From a bacterium (lineage in GTDB: Bacteria; UBA10199; 2-02-FULL-44-16; JAAZCA01): a stretch of DNA of 64,000 nucleotides. The translations under genes and the position numbers were made by a program. Shown here piece by piece: positions 47,643 to 57,803 of the stretch. The DNA is taken from positions 320,001 to 384,000 of the forward strand of contig CAXXGI010000001.1 of NCBI GenBank assembly GCA_963674695.2, given 5' to 3'. The notes beneath the pieces are model-generated. The model ran no database searches, was not told the origin of the DNA, and was given only the letters and a program-made list of their open reading frames with translations. Position 1 is the stretch's first letter. Each line of letters opens with the position of its first letter.

Positions 47643-49877
47643 ATGAACGACTTCGGGCTGTTGGTAAAATTTCATCGCCTCCTCGTCCCATTTCTCGGAG
47701 CCTTTCTCGCGACGATCCTCTTCGACGCCGTGGCCACCGCACTGTTAGTCCTGCTTCCGCTGCTCGCGCGCGTCCTCCTGGATAACGCCTACCCCTTCCG
47801 CAATCTTTCGCTGCTGAACCTGACCATTCTGACCAGCGTCGCTGCATGCGCGCTCTATTTTCTCTTGAGCGCAGCATCCGAATTTCTCAAGGCTTCCATA
47901 GATTCGGAGTCAAAGGCCACCCTGACCACACGCGTCTTCCGGGCATTGACACATCTGCCCCTCGCCTTTCATCAGCAGCACCCATCGAGCGACCTCATGG
48001 CGCACATCACCGATGACGTCGACGTCACCACAAACATGGTGCAGCGCGCACTGCCGACGCTTCTCATCGGCGGCGGCCGTCTTGCCCTCATCCTGATGGT
48101 CGTCCTCTCGATCGATGCCAAGCTGGCGCTTGTGACGGTAATTTCGATTCCGCTCTTCATCCTGGAAGCGCGGTTTCAAGCAGACCGGTCTTCCGGGAGG
48201 GCGCGCGAAACGCTCGATGCCCAGACAGACCTCTCCTGCCGCGCGCGTGAGCGACTTGAAAACATCCGGCCGGTCAAAGCATTTGGACAGGAACGGGTCG
48301 AGACCCGTGGCTTTGCGCAATGGCTTCATCGGCGCGACCGCATGACGTTCACAGAAAACCTCATCGATACCGCCCGATTCTTCAGCCATTCCATCATGCT
48401 TCAGGTGTGGGGAATCCTTCTCATCTGGATCGTGGGGCAACAGGTCGTCCGCGGGCACCTCACGATCGGGGAAAGCGTTTCCTTACTCCTGCTGGTCATA
48501 TTGATGGTCAGCCCGATGCGCTCGATCATCGAACTCCTCCACAACGGAAAAAATCGATTGGCCTCGATTTGCCGCATCGAACGCGTCCTGAATGAATCGT
48601 CCGAGGAGGAGAACGCTGCGGAGAAATCCCCCTTGAAGATCGCCGACGGCGTCATCGCCGCGGAGCGCATCTCCTTCTCCTACGAACCCAGCCAAGAGGT
48701 TCTCCATAATATCGATCTGCGTTTCGCTCCGAGAAGCATCACCGCCATCGTCGGCGATTCGGGAAGCGGAAAGACGACGCTGGCAAACCTCTTATTGCGT
48801 TTTCTTCATCCGACGACCGGCGCCATCTTCGTGGATGGGCAGGATATCTCACAAGTCCGGCTGCACGACCTGCGCGACCGCGTTGGAATCGTTGAACGAA
48901 ACATGGCCCTCTTCGACGCCACGGTCATGGACAATATTCTCTATGGCAACGAGGAAAAATCGCGCGGTGATGCGATGCAGGCGGCGATGCTTGCCGGTGC
49001 GCACGACTTTATCGAAACGCTGCCTGGAAAATATGATACCACCGTCGGCCCCTGTGGCTCGCTTCTCTCAAACGGCCAATGCCGACGCATCCTCATGGCG
49101 CGCACGCTCCTGCGCGACCCAAAGGTCATCATCTTTGACGAAGCCGGCGGAGATCTTGATGCGGAGAGCGAGTTTCACATACAGGAGATGCTTACGAAAC
49201 TGCGACGCAGCAAGACCATCATCGTCATCGCTCGACGTCTCTCCACCATCAAAACAGCAGACGCCATCCTGATGCTCGAGGAGGGACGACTTGTCGAGCA
49301 AGGCCCATTCGACAAACTGATCGCTGAGCGTGGCGACTTCTACCGCTTTTTTTGGCGACAATTCGGAGGGCTGGCTACATTTCGGCGACACCTGGGACTG
49401 GAGTTGGAACGCACGGCACGCTATGGATCGCGTTTCTGCCTGGCCGTTCTCAAAATCGCTGCATTTGCGCACGTGACCGAAACACAGGGGCCCGGCACCG
49501 CGGAACAGCTCATGGAGGATGTGGATCTGCTCGTGAAGAAGACCGTGCGCATGGGGGATGACTGTGCGCGACTCGATCGAAACCTCATCCTGATCCTGCT
49601 GCCGGAGATCGACACCGAACAACTCGCAGCCTTTTTCGAACGCATGCGCCGGGTCCTGGCGGAAACGGACATAGCGCTCCTGGGCGCGCCCCTCCCCATC
49701 GAAGAGCTGCACTTCGTCGGCACCCGGATCACCGGGAAACACTTTCGGACGCCGGAGGAACTGCTGCAGGCGCTCACCGAACAAGCCGACGCAATGCCCG
49801 CCGACGCAACGATGCAAATTTTCGACGAAGAGGAACTGGCACAGAGCACCGCCGCTGAAGGAGGGCGCCCCACATGA
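47643..49877 (+). CDS. ABC exporter (TMD+NBD) fused to C-terminal degenerate GGDEF-like domain
   Basis: GDSGSGKTT, LSNGQ, IIFDEA; tail ELERTARYGSRFCLAVL...VRMGD..AR....LILLPE. Confidence 0.88.
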   Translation: MNDFGLLVKFHRLLVPFLGAFLATILFDAVATALLVLLPLLARVLLDNAYPFRNLSLLNLTILTSVAACALYFLLSAASEFLKASIDSESKATLTTRVFRALTHLPLAFHQQHPSSDLMAHITDDVDVTTNMVQRALPTLLIGGGRLALILMVVLSIDAKLALVTVISIPLFILEARFQADRSSGRARETLDAQTDLSCRARERLENIRPVKAFGQERVETRGFAQWLHRRDRMTFTENLIDTARFFSHSIMLQVWGILLIWIVGQQVVRGHLTIGESVSLLLLVILMVSPMRSIIELLHNGKNRLASICRIERVLNESSEEENAAEKSPLKIADGVIAAERISFSYEPSQEVLHNIDLRFAPRSITAIVGDSGSGKTTLANLLLRFLHPTTGAIFVDGQDISQVRLHDLRDRVGIVERNMALFDATVMDNILYGNEEKSRGDAMQAAMLAGAHDFIETLPGKYDTTVGPCGSLLSNGQCRRILMARTLLRDPKVIIFDEAGGDLDAESEFHIQEMLTKLRRSKTIIVIARRLSTIKTADAILMLEEGRLVEQGPFDKLIAERGDFYRFFWRQFGGLATFRRHLGLELERTARYGSRFCLAVLKIAAFAHVTETQGPGTAEQLMEDVDLLVKKTVRMGDDCARLDRNLILILLPEIDTEQLAAFFERMRRVLAETDIALLGAPLPIEELHFVGTRITGKHFRTPEELLQALTEQADAMPADATMQIFDEEELAQSTAAEGGRPT

Positions 49878-50311
49878 ACGCCTTCGAACGGCTGATCGAT
49901 TTCTTTTCGACCCAAAACCGACGCGCGCGCAGAGCTGCGGTGATCGTCGTCGGCATCATCGCCTGTACCCTGCTCATCGGCATCGGTGCGCTTTTTTTCA
50001 CCCAGACCGTGGACATCGACATCGAGGGCATCGGCCGCGGTCGCAGCCCCGAGACGATTGCCGTCTCGCTCGATGACGGCGACATCATACGCATTCCGAT
50101 CACTCAGCGCACGGTCGAAGTACAACGCCGAAAAAGCGATGGCTGGTCGCCGGCGGTCGCCGCACGCATCGAAGCGATCGAGCTGACCGAACCCACCGTG
50201 CTACTGCGGTTGACCGAATCACCTGAAGGGTTTGCAGAGACAACGCCCTATCGCCTCCGCCTGATCCTCGAACGCAAACCGTTTTGGAAACTCTTGTGGG
50301 GGCAATCATGA
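49874..50311 (+). CDS. Single-pass membrane protein coupled to ABC exporter
   Basis: ATGA overlap; one TM; C-terminus LILERKPFWKLLW recalls membrane-fusion-protein tails. Confidence 0.7.
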   Translation: MNAFERLIDFFSTQNRRARRAAVIVVGIIACTLLIGIGALFFTQTVDIDIEGIGRGRSPETIAVSLDDGDIIRIPITQRTVEVQRRKSDGWSPAVAARIEAIELTEPTVLLRLTESPEGFAETTPYRLRLILERKPFWKLLWGQS

Positions 50312-50883
50312 AGCGAATACCGCTCGAACGATCGGCGCTCATCGTCATCGATATGCAGCGCTACTTTCTCGACCCGAAGGCGCGCGCCTTTCTCGATACA
50401 CCGGCTTCGCTCATCCCCAACGCCTGCGCCCTCATCGAGGCCTTTCGTCGCGCGAACCTTCCCGTCCTCTTCACGCGTCATGCCCACCGCCGGGATCGAC
50501 CGACTGGACAGATGGGCCGATGGTGGGGTGACGATCTGCCCTTTGAGGATGATCCGTTTTCCCAGTTGTATCCCGCCATCAAACCGGAGGCGGGAGAGGT
50601 GGTGCTGATCAAGACCCACTACAGCGCCTTCGAGGAGACCGAACTCGACCATCACCTCCGCACCCAGGGCATCGACACCCTGGTCCTGTGCGGCGTGATG
50701 ACCAACGTCTGCGTCGAGACGACCGCGCGCCATGCCTTCATGAAGGAATTGCAGCCGGTCATCGTCGCCGATGCCTGCGCAACCAAAAGTGATGACTATC
50801 AGAACGCCTCGCTGACGAATCTCGCCTACGCCTTCGGCCCCACCCCCAACACGAAGAGCATCCTTGCAATGCTCCCGCGGTAG
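50308..50883 (+). CDS. Isochorismatase-family cysteine hydrolase
   Basis: ALIVIDMQ, KTHYSAF, GVMTNVCVETTARHA (D-K-C triad). Confidence 0.93.
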   Translation: MKRIPLERSALIVIDMQRYFLDPKARAFLDTPASLIPNACALIEAFRRANLPVLFTRHAHRRDRPTGQMGRWWGDDLPFEDDPFSQLYPAIKPEAGEVVLIKTHYSAFEETELDHHLRTQGIDTLVLCGVMTNVCVETTARHAFMKELQPVIVADACATKSDDYQNASLTNLAYAFGPTPNTKSILAMLPR

Positions 50884-50939
50884 AGATAGAAAACGAGAAA
50901 ATCACAGGCACCGTCGATTCATACACTATTTATTTTTTC

Positions 50940-51860
50940 ATGTCCCCATCGACACCAGACATACAGACTCCGATCGATTGCGCGATCATCGGCGCCGGCC
51001 CCGCCGGCATGGCGGCTGCAGTGCATGCCGTTCGCCGTGGGCTCAGCACCATCCTCTATGAGGCGAGCGAACCGGGCGGCCAGGCGCTTGCCGCCAACTG
51101 GATTGAGGACTATCCCGGCTTTCCCGAGGGGCTCTCCGGTCCGGATCTGATGACCCGCTTCTTTGCGCAGGTCGAAGCACACCAGACCACCATTCACCGT
51201 CAACGCGTTCAAACGATCGAGCAGCATGAGAAAGTTTTTTGCATCACGACCGCATCTATCATGACAACGGCACGAACGGTCATTCTGGCCACCGGCCTTG
51301 TGCCCAAACAACTCGGCGTTCCCGGAGAGAGCGCGCTCATCGGTCGACGCATCTTCGCCTATGCCGATCCGCGCTCCATCCCGCATGCGAACAAACGCGT
51401 GCTCATCGTCGGCAGCGGAGACGCCGCCTTCGATCAGGCGCTGAACTATGCGCGCCAGGCCGCGCGCGTTTCAATCGCCGTACGCGGCACTACCCCTCAC
51501 TGCAACGCCGCACTCGCACGCCGTGTGCGTGAGGCAAACATCGACGTCATCCGGAACTGCCAGATCCAGGCCATCTCCGAGATCGATAACAATCTCGCCA
51601 TGGCCTGCCAACGCGACGAGATGGAGATGCTCATCGAAGCCGACCTCATGATCGCCTGCATCGGGAAGATATCGGATCTGAGCTGTCTCCCGCATGATCT
51701 GCGTCGTGGGGAGACACCGGGGCTCTTCCGCGCCGGCGATTGTCAACGCGGACGCAGCCGACATATCGCTATCGCCGTCGGCGATGGCACGACCGCGGCG
51801 ATCGCCGCATCGGATTATCTACGAAGGCTCTCTCGCGCAAACGAAGGGGGAAGAGGTTGA
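50940..51860 (+). CDS. Thioredoxin-reductase-like FAD/NAD(P) oxidoreductase lacking CxxC
   Basis: IIGAGPAG, IEDYPGF, ILATG, VGSGDAA, GLFRAGD; YADP where CxxC is expected. Confidence 0.88.
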   Translation: MSPSTPDIQTPIDCAIIGAGPAGMAAAVHAVRRGLSTILYEASEPGGQALAANWIEDYPGFPEGLSGPDLMTRFFAQVEAHQTTIHRQRVQTIEQHEKVFCITTASIMTTARTVILATGLVPKQLGVPGESALIGRRIFAYADPRSIPHANKRVLIVGSGDAAFDQALNYARQAARVSIAVRGTTPHCNAALARRVREANIDVIRNCQIQAISEIDNNLAMACQRDEMEMLIEADLMIACIGKISDLSCLPHDLRRGETPGLFRAGDCQRGRSRHIAIAVGDGTTAAIAASDYLRRLSRANEGGRG

Positions 51861-52771
51861 TGCAGATTATTTCTCAACAGGGCGACCCCACGCTGGCCGA
51901 AGTTTTTGTCGCGCGCTTCCGCGATAACGATCGTTTCTTGGCCGAGTTCGTGGATGCCCGCGACCCGGATCTCCCCGCCGATGCCAAATGGGTCGTCATC
52001 ATCTCATCCCAGTTCGGCTGCCCAGTGGCTTGTCCCATGTGCGACGCCGGCGGCGACTATCGCGGCGATCTGACGCGCGATGAGATGCTCGCCCAGGTCG
52101 ATCATGTCGTCACGCGCCATGGAGCTGAGCGCTTGTCACGGGTCGAGAAGTTCAAGGTCCAATTCGCGCGCATGGGCGAGCCAGCGCTCAATCCGGCGGT
52201 GCTCGACGCCCTACGCGAGCTGCCCATCCGCTACGACGCGCCGGGGCTCATCCCCTGCATCGCGACAACAGCACCCACCGCATCACGCACATGGCTCGAT
52301 GCATTGTGCGACATTCGCCATACCATCTATGGCGATCGCCTCTTTCAACTCCAACTCTCGGTGAATTCCACGGACGAGACCGCGCGCAACCGACTCATGC
52401 CGGTGGCGAAACTCTCGCTTCCGGAGTTGGCAATGTATGCGCGTCGTTTCTCCGCGGGCGGCCCGCGCAAGGCGTCTCTCAATTTCGTCATGACCGACGA
52501 GGTGCCGATCGATCCAGATGTCATCGCGCGCCACTTCGATCCGGAATCGACCTGTGTCAAGATCACGCCGCTCAACCCCACAAACCGCTCGGTCGAACAA
52601 CACCTCTCCACCGCGCTGCCGCCACACGCGCCCGAAGCGGCCGACGCCCTCTGCGACGCGCTCGCGCGCCATGGCTTCGACATCATCCTCTCCATCGGCG
52701 ATGTGCGGGAAAACGAAATCGGCAGCAACTGCGGCATGGCGGTACGGCGATACCAAAGCGAGTCAGGCTAA
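51860..52771 (+). CDS. RlmN/Cfr-like radical SAM protein
   Basis: SSQFGCPVACPMCDAG, ARMGEP..N, C-terminal GSNCG; TGATG overlap. Confidence 0.9.
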   Translation: MQIISQQGDPTLAEVFVARFRDNDRFLAEFVDARDPDLPADAKWVVIISSQFGCPVACPMCDAGGDYRGDLTRDEMLAQVDHVVTRHGAERLSRVEKFKVQFARMGEPALNPAVLDALRELPIRYDAPGLIPCIATTAPTASRTWLDALCDIRHTIYGDRLFQLQLSVNSTDETARNRLMPVAKLSLPELAMYARRFSAGGPRKASLNFVMTDEVPIDPDVIARHFDPESTCVKITPLNPTNRSVEQHLSTALPPHAPEAADALCDALARHGFDIILSIGDVRENEIGSNCGMAVRRYQSESG

Positions 52772-52804
52772 AAACGACTTTGATTTATACTGTCAACCTT
52801 TCTC

Positions 52805-52880
52805 GCTTGACTGGCTTGACTGGCTTGACTGGCTTGACTGGCTTGACTGTCCTGACTGGCCTGACTGGCCTGACTGGCTT
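52805..52880. repeat. Nonamer tandem repeat (GCTTGACTG)x~8
   Basis: Five exact plus three (G/T)CCTGACTG units between convergent genes. Confidence 0.92.
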
Positions 52881-53290
52881 CATCCCGCCAGAATCTCGTG
52901 GATCTTGGCGATGAGGTCGTCGAAGTCGAGTGGCTTCTGTGCAAAATGGGCAATCTGCTCGTCGGCTGCCTCGACCTGATCACGCGGCAGGCGCTCGACG
53001 ATCTCGTCGGCACCAAGCCCGGAGACGGCGATCACCGGGATAAGGGCTGTGGGAGATGCCGTGCGCAGGCGTTCGAGCACCGTGAAGGCCGAACCGCCGG
53101 GGAGCATGACGTCGAGGATCACCAGGTCCGGCCCTTCCTTGTGCGCCACCGCCACCGCCTGGATGGCATCGAAGGCGGCGACGATCTTGAAGCCCGCCGC
53201 ACTGAGACGATCGTCGAGCAGCTCGATGATCGTCGGATCATCATCGACGATCAGAATCTTCGGTCTTCCCTCATTCCCCTGTGCCATCAT
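52880..53290 (-). CDS. Single-domain response regulator
   Basis: ILIVDDD, PDLVILDVMLPG, AVSG, QKP. Confidence 0.93.
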   Translation of the reverse strand: MMAQGNEGRPKILIVDDDPTIIELLDDRLSAAGFKIVAAFDAIQAVAVAHKEGPDLVILDVMLPGGSAFTVLERLRTASPTALIPVIAVSGLGADEIVERLPRDQVEAADEQIAHFAQKPLDFDDLIAKIHEILAG

Positions 53291-54750
53291 GCCTCCGTGC
53301 GCGGAAGTGAAAGAACCATGCGCGCCCCGCCGTTATTGCCTTCTTCGGCCCAGATCTTTCCGCCGTGCATCTCGATAATTCCACGGGCGATGGCCAGCCC
53401 CAGGCCTCGTCCCTTGTAAACGTTGTGCCGATCCTCGGAACGATAGTATTTCTCAAAGATCCGGTCGCGCTCCTCGGGAGAGATGCCGGGACCTTCATCC
53501 TCGACGCTGATCTGAACGGCATCCGGAAGAGCCTTCCCTGAAACCGTAACATGTCCCGTCGGCGGGCTGACCTTGATCGCGTTGTCGACGATATTGACGA
53601 TAACCTGCCGCATACGATCGGGGTCGACCTTCACCGTCGGCATTGATTCCGGGAAATCCAACTCCACATGCACGCCGGAGGTCATCTTGATGGCGCGTAC
53701 CGAATCGGCGCAGAGCTTGGCCACGTCGGTCAGCTTCTTCAGAAGCCTGATCCCACCCGACTCGATCTTGGTGATATCGAGATAGGCCTCGATGATGTCG
53801 GTCATGCGCACTCCCTCCGACTTGATCATGTCGAGATAGTGCATCCGCTTCTCCTCGGACAGAGGCATCCTCTGCATCGAGTCGGCCAGGCCGATGACAG
53901 CGGTGAGCGGATTGCGCAGATCATGCGAGACGATCGAGAGGAACTCGGTCTTCATCCGGTCGAGTTCCACCAGGCGCCGGTTGCCCCGCTCGAGCTCCTG
54001 TTTTTTCTCGGTGAGCAAGGCATTGGCCGCCGCGAGTTTCGCAGTGGCCTCGTCGATGCGCTCCTGCAGGTGCCGGGTCATGTCGTCGAGCTCATGGGCC
54101 ATATGGTTGAAGGAGCGCCCCAACGCGCCGATGACATCCTGGCTCTGCACCAGAATTTCGCGGGAGAAGTCACCGCGCGCGATTCCTTCGGCGGCCTGCC
54201 GCATCGCCTCGAGGGGTTTCAGAAGACGCCCAGAGAGTTTCCAGGAGACGCCGATGATAAAGACGAGCATCAGCACGCTCAAGACCGCCGACCAGATGAA
54301 GAGAACGACCAGATCGCGATGCATCTGCTCAAGCGAGAGAGCGAGTTGCAAGGTGCCAAATGACACATCGTGATCAAGCAGCGGAAAAGATTGAATCAGA
54401 ACCTGCTCATCACCCAAACGCTGCTGTCCGTCATGATAGGGCACGGGGAGACCAACGAACCTCTCATCGGAGGCAGAACGAACAATCCCATTTTGGTCAT
54501 AGATAAGCGCTAACGAAATGCGTTTTTGACTGGCCAAAAATCCGAGGGCATCTCGGACACGTTCAATTCTGTCCTGGACCAAATCATCGATAATCTCGCG
54601 ACTGAAGACACCGCCCGCGCTGACAAGACGCGTCTGGGCACGTTCGAAGAGGATCTCCTCGACCAGCAACATGCGATTGATCATGAGGGCAGCCAGCGTG
54701 AGCACGCTGACGGCACAGATGGCGATGATGAGTTTTGCGCGATAGGTCAT
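53287..54750 (-). CDS. HAMP-domain sensor histidine kinase
   Basis: Two TMs, [32 protein letters not shown]; ATGA overlap with kbl. Confidence 0.95.
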   Translation of the reverse strand: MTYRAKLIIAICAVSVLTLAALMINRMLLVEEILFERAQTRLVSAGGVFSREIIDDLVQDRIERVRDALGFLASQKRISLALIYDQNGIVRSASDERFVGLPVPYHDGQQRLGDEQVLIQSFPLLDHDVSFGTLQLALSLEQMHRDLVVLFIWSAVLSVLMLVFIIGVSWKLSGRLLKPLEAMRQAAEGIARGDFSREILVQSQDVIGALGRSFNHMAHELDDMTRHLQERIDEATAKLAAANALLTEKKQELERGNRRLVELDRMKTEFLSIVSHDLRNPLTAVIGLADSMQRMPLSEEKRMHYLDMIKSEGVRMTDIIEAYLDITKIESGGIRLLKKLTDVAKLCADSVRAIKMTSGVHVELDFPESMPTVKVDPDRMRQVIVNIVDNAIKVSPPTGHVTVSGKALPDAVQISVEDEGPGISPEERDRIFEKYYRSEDRHNVYKGRGLGLAIARGIIEMHGGKIWAEEGNNGGARMVLSLPRTEA

Positions 54751-55931
54751 AGGTGTTTTTTGCATACCTTCGCGAATGCGGCGACGGTGCGATCGAGTTG
54801 ATCCTTCGTATGCACCGCACTCACCTGGCAGCGAATACGCGCGGCGCCCTTGGGCACCACCGGATAGAAAAACCCCTTCACATAGATCCCCTCGGCGAGC
54901 ATATCATTGGCAACATCGGAGGCGAGTTTGGCATCGCCGAACATGATGGGTGTGATCGGGTGCGTCCCCTCGAGCACCTTGAGTCCAGCCTTATTCAACT
55001 CGGCGCGAAAGTAGGTCGTGTTCTCCTCGAGCCGATCGCGAAGCGCCGTGCTCCCCTCGAGCATCCCCAGAACCGCGAGGGTGGCAGCACAGATCATCGG
55101 CGGCAATGCATTGGAAAAGAGATACGGACGTGATCGCTGCCGAAGGAAGGCGACGAGTTCACGCCGACCGGTCGTAAACCCTCCGGCGGCTCCGCCCATC
55201 GCCTTGCCCATGGTGCTGGTAATGATATCGACCCGATCCATCACGCCGCAGTATTCGGGCGTACCGCGACCGGTCTTTCCCACGAATCCCGTCGCATGAC
55301 TGTCGTCGACCATCACAAGCGCGTTGTATTTTTCGGCCAGATCACAGATCGCATCGAGTTTGGCGATATAGCCATCCATGGAGAAGACGCCGTCGGTGGC
55401 GATGAGCTTGACGCGCGCACCGGCCGCATCGGCCTCTTTGAGCTTCGCCTCGAGGTCGCTCATATCGGAATTGGCATAGCGAAAGCGCTTGGCCTTGCAC
55501 AGACGCACGCCGTCGATGATCGAGGCATGGTTGAGCGCATCGGAGATGATCGCATCGTCGGGACCGAGAATCGTTTCGAAGAGTCCCTCGTTCGCCTCAT
55601 AGCAGGAGGAATAGAGGATGGTGTCTTCGGTGCCGAAGAACCGAGAGAGTTCCGCTTCCAGCGTGCGATGGATGTCGAAGGTGCCACAGATGAAGCGCAC
55701 CGACGCCGTACCGAAGCCATAGCGATCGAGCGCTGTCTTTGCCGCCGCAATAATCTCGGCGTTATCGGCCAAACCCAGATAGTTGTTCGCGCAGAAGTTG
55801 ATGACCTCGCCATCGGCCACGCGGATGGTCGCATTCTGCGGCGAGAGGATTTCCCACTCCTCTTTCCAGAGCCCCTGTTCTTTGATTTCACCGAGTTGTG
55901 CATCGAGAATCGGTTTGAGTGTGTCGAACAT
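54747..55931 (-). CDS. kbl: 2-amino-3-ketobutyrate CoA ligase
   Basis: [43 protein letters not shown]. Confidence 0.97.
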   Translation of the reverse strand: MFDTLKPILDAQLGEIKEQGLWKEEWEILSPQNATIRVADGEVINFCANNYLGLADNAEIIAAAKTALDRYGFGTASVRFICGTFDIHRTLEAELSRFFGTEDTILYSSCYEANEGLFETILGPDDAIISDALNHASIIDGVRLCKAKRFRYANSDMSDLEAKLKEADAAGARVKLIATDGVFSMDGYIAKLDAICDLAEKYNALVMVDDSHATGFVGKTGRGTPEYCGVMDRVDIITSTMGKAMGGAAGGFTTGRRELVAFLRQRSRPYLFSNALPPMICAATLAVLGMLEGSTALRDRLEENTTYFRAELNKAGLKVLEGTHPITPIMFGDAKLASDVANDMLAEGIYVKGFFYPVVPKGAARIRCQVSAVHTKDQLDRTVAAFAKVCKKHL

Positions 55932-55961
55932 AACGTCTCCTTCGTGAACGGTTAACCGTGA

Positions 55962-56042
55962 ACGGTTCACGGTTCACGGTTCACGGTTCACGGTTCACGG
56001 TTCACGGTTCACGGTTCACGGTTCACGGTTCACGGTTCACGG
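55962..56042. repeat. Heptamer tandem repeat (ACGGTTC)x11.6
   Basis: Perfect array between tdh stop and kbl RBS, with inverted units at 55943-55963. Confidence 0.95.
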
Positions 56043-57083
56043 CTTTAGAATGATCTTCCCCGCCTTGATCTCCGGGGCGTTGAGAATGGCCATTGCCTCG
56101 TCGATTTTGCCCAACGGAAATTCATGCGTGAGGACCGAGGAGATATCCAGGCGACCCGACCCGAGGAGTGCGGCCACCTCATACCAGGTCTCGAACATCT
56201 TTCGTCCGTTGATCGCCAAAAGCCGGATCCCCTTGAAGATCACCTCTTCGGCCATATTCAGCGCAATTGGTTTTCCGGGGATGCCGAAAGCGGTGAAGGT
56301 CCCGCCGCGCTTGATCACGGCTAACCCATCATGGATGGCCGCCTCCGCTCCGCTCATCTCAAGGACCACGTCCACGCCCTCGCCATGGGTCAGATCGCGG
56401 ATCGCCTCGCGCGCATTCTGCTTCGAAACATCGATCACGTGATCCGGGTCGAAGCCCCGCATGAGATCCATGCGATAGGACTGCATCCCACAGACGATGA
56501 GCGTGGTCGCACCATATGCGCGCGCAATGCCGGTGGCGAAGATACCGATCGGCCCATCGCCGAAGATCGCGACCGTCTTCCCGGCCACGTTCGATTCGCT
56601 CACGCAGTAGACGGCATTGCCCAGCGGCTCCTGGACGGAAGCGATCTCCCAGGGCAGCGCGGGATCGTTTTTGATGCAACAGATTTCAGGGATCGCGACA
56701 TACTCGGCAAAGCAACCGTCGCGATCCACACCGATGATCTCGACATTCTGACAGATGTGCATCTTTCCGGTGCGACACTGAAAACAACCACCGCAGGGGA
56801 TGTGTGTCTCAGCCGAGACGTGATCGCCCACCGTGATGTGTTCGACCTGCGCACCGATGGCGACAACCTCGCCACCGAACTCGTGGCCGAAGATCATCGG
56901 CGGTTTGATGCGCCCGGCCGACCATTGGTCCCAATTGTAGATATGGATGTCGGTCCCACAGATCGATGTGGCGAAAACCTTGACGAGGACCTGGTGGGAG
57001 GTGGGAGTCGGAACTGGCCGCGACTCGATCGCGGCACCCGGACCGGGGGAGAGCTTTCGTACCGCCTGCATCGTGCTGCTCAT
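56037..57083 (-). CDS. tdh: L-threonine 3-dehydrogenase
   Basis: SICGTDIHIY, GHEF, ETHIPCGGCFQC..G..HIC, G.GPIG; upstream of kbl. Confidence 0.96.
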   Translation of the reverse strand: MSSTMQAVRKLSPGPGAAIESRPVPTPTSHQVLVKVFATSICGTDIHIYNWDQWSAGRIKPPMIFGHEFGGEVVAIGAQVEHITVGDHVSAETHIPCGGCFQCRTGKMHICQNVEIIGVDRDGCFAEYVAIPEICCIKNDPALPWEIASVQEPLGNAVYCVSESNVAGKTVAIFGDGPIGIFATGIARAYGATTLIVCGMQSYRMDLMRGFDPDHVIDVSKQNAREAIRDLTHGEGVDVVLEMSGAEAAIHDGLAVIKRGGTFTAFGIPGKPIALNMAEEVIFKGIRLLAINGRKMFETWYEVAALLGSGRLDISSVLTHEFPLGKIDEAMAILNAPEIKAGKIILKP

Positions 57084-57207
57084 GATAACTCCTCAGAATA
57101 GTTACTCTTATCAGACAGCGACTGTATCCGCCCCCTTCGATCATTGTCAAACGAGAAAATGGGACCGCCAGCTTGCCATCGCGCACCGCCTGCCCTACAG
57201 TACGCTC

Positions 57208-57582
57208 ATGCCCAGCGCCCTGATCGTCAGCCCTGACCCCCAGACCACCCGCCTCTTCGAACTCGGCCTTGAACTGCGCGGCTGGACGGTCGAAACCGCC
57301 GCTCAATTGCCCTCAACAGCAGTTCGCCAAGAAGCCGATATCCTCCTGGTCGACCTGGCGGACATCGATCACGAACAGTGGGAGTCCTGCCCGACGGTGC
57401 GCCAGCGCGCTGAGGACCCGCGCACGACGGTGCTCATCCTTCCCCGCGGACTCTCCCCCGACCACGTGCCACGTGAATGTCAGCTGGCGACGATGTTCGT
57501 GCACCGACCATTCGATTTCTGGAACGTGGTCGACCAGATCGATCAACTCGGCCGTGGAAAGAGCACGCTGCCGGCGGGATAA
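57208..57582 (+). CDS. Atypical receiver-domain protein
   Basis: ALIVSPD, DILLVDL, FVHRPF; acidic pocket and Lys degenerate; TTGCCA-N17-TACAGT 6 nt upstream of ATG. Confidence 0.7.
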   Translation: MPSALIVSPDPQTTRLFELGLELRGWTVETAAQLPSTAVRQEADILLVDLADIDHEQWESCPTVRQRAEDPRTTVLILPRGLSPDHVPRECQLATMFVHRPFDFWNVVDQIDQLGRGKSTLPAG

Positions 57583-57612
57583 AAAAAGGCCCGCCGCTTT
57601 CGCGACGGACCC

Positions 57613-57774
57613 AGACTGCTGACAAAATTATCTCATACGGTCAACCAAGGTTTGTCATTCCCGCGCAGGCGGGAATCTCGCTTGTAATGGTACATCGAGA
57701 TCCCCGCTGGAGCCTACCCTCGAATGATTGAATCGGGGGCGGGGATGACAAAAACACAGGTTTGTCATCAACCT
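57613..57774. mobile_element. MITE-like element with internal dRS3/REP-like palindrome
   Basis: Ends AGACTGCTGACAAA / TTTGTCATCAACCT shared with 60340-60471; inner GTCATTCCCGCGCAGGCGGGAATC...GCGGGGATGAC. Confidence 0.72.
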
Positions 57775-57803
57775 CGGTCTTTTTCTTTTTCGCCCTATCG
57801 AAA

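Noticed and set aside
52805-56042. Tandem arrays as CRISPR
   Set aside because: 7-9 nt units with no unique spacers and no cas genes.
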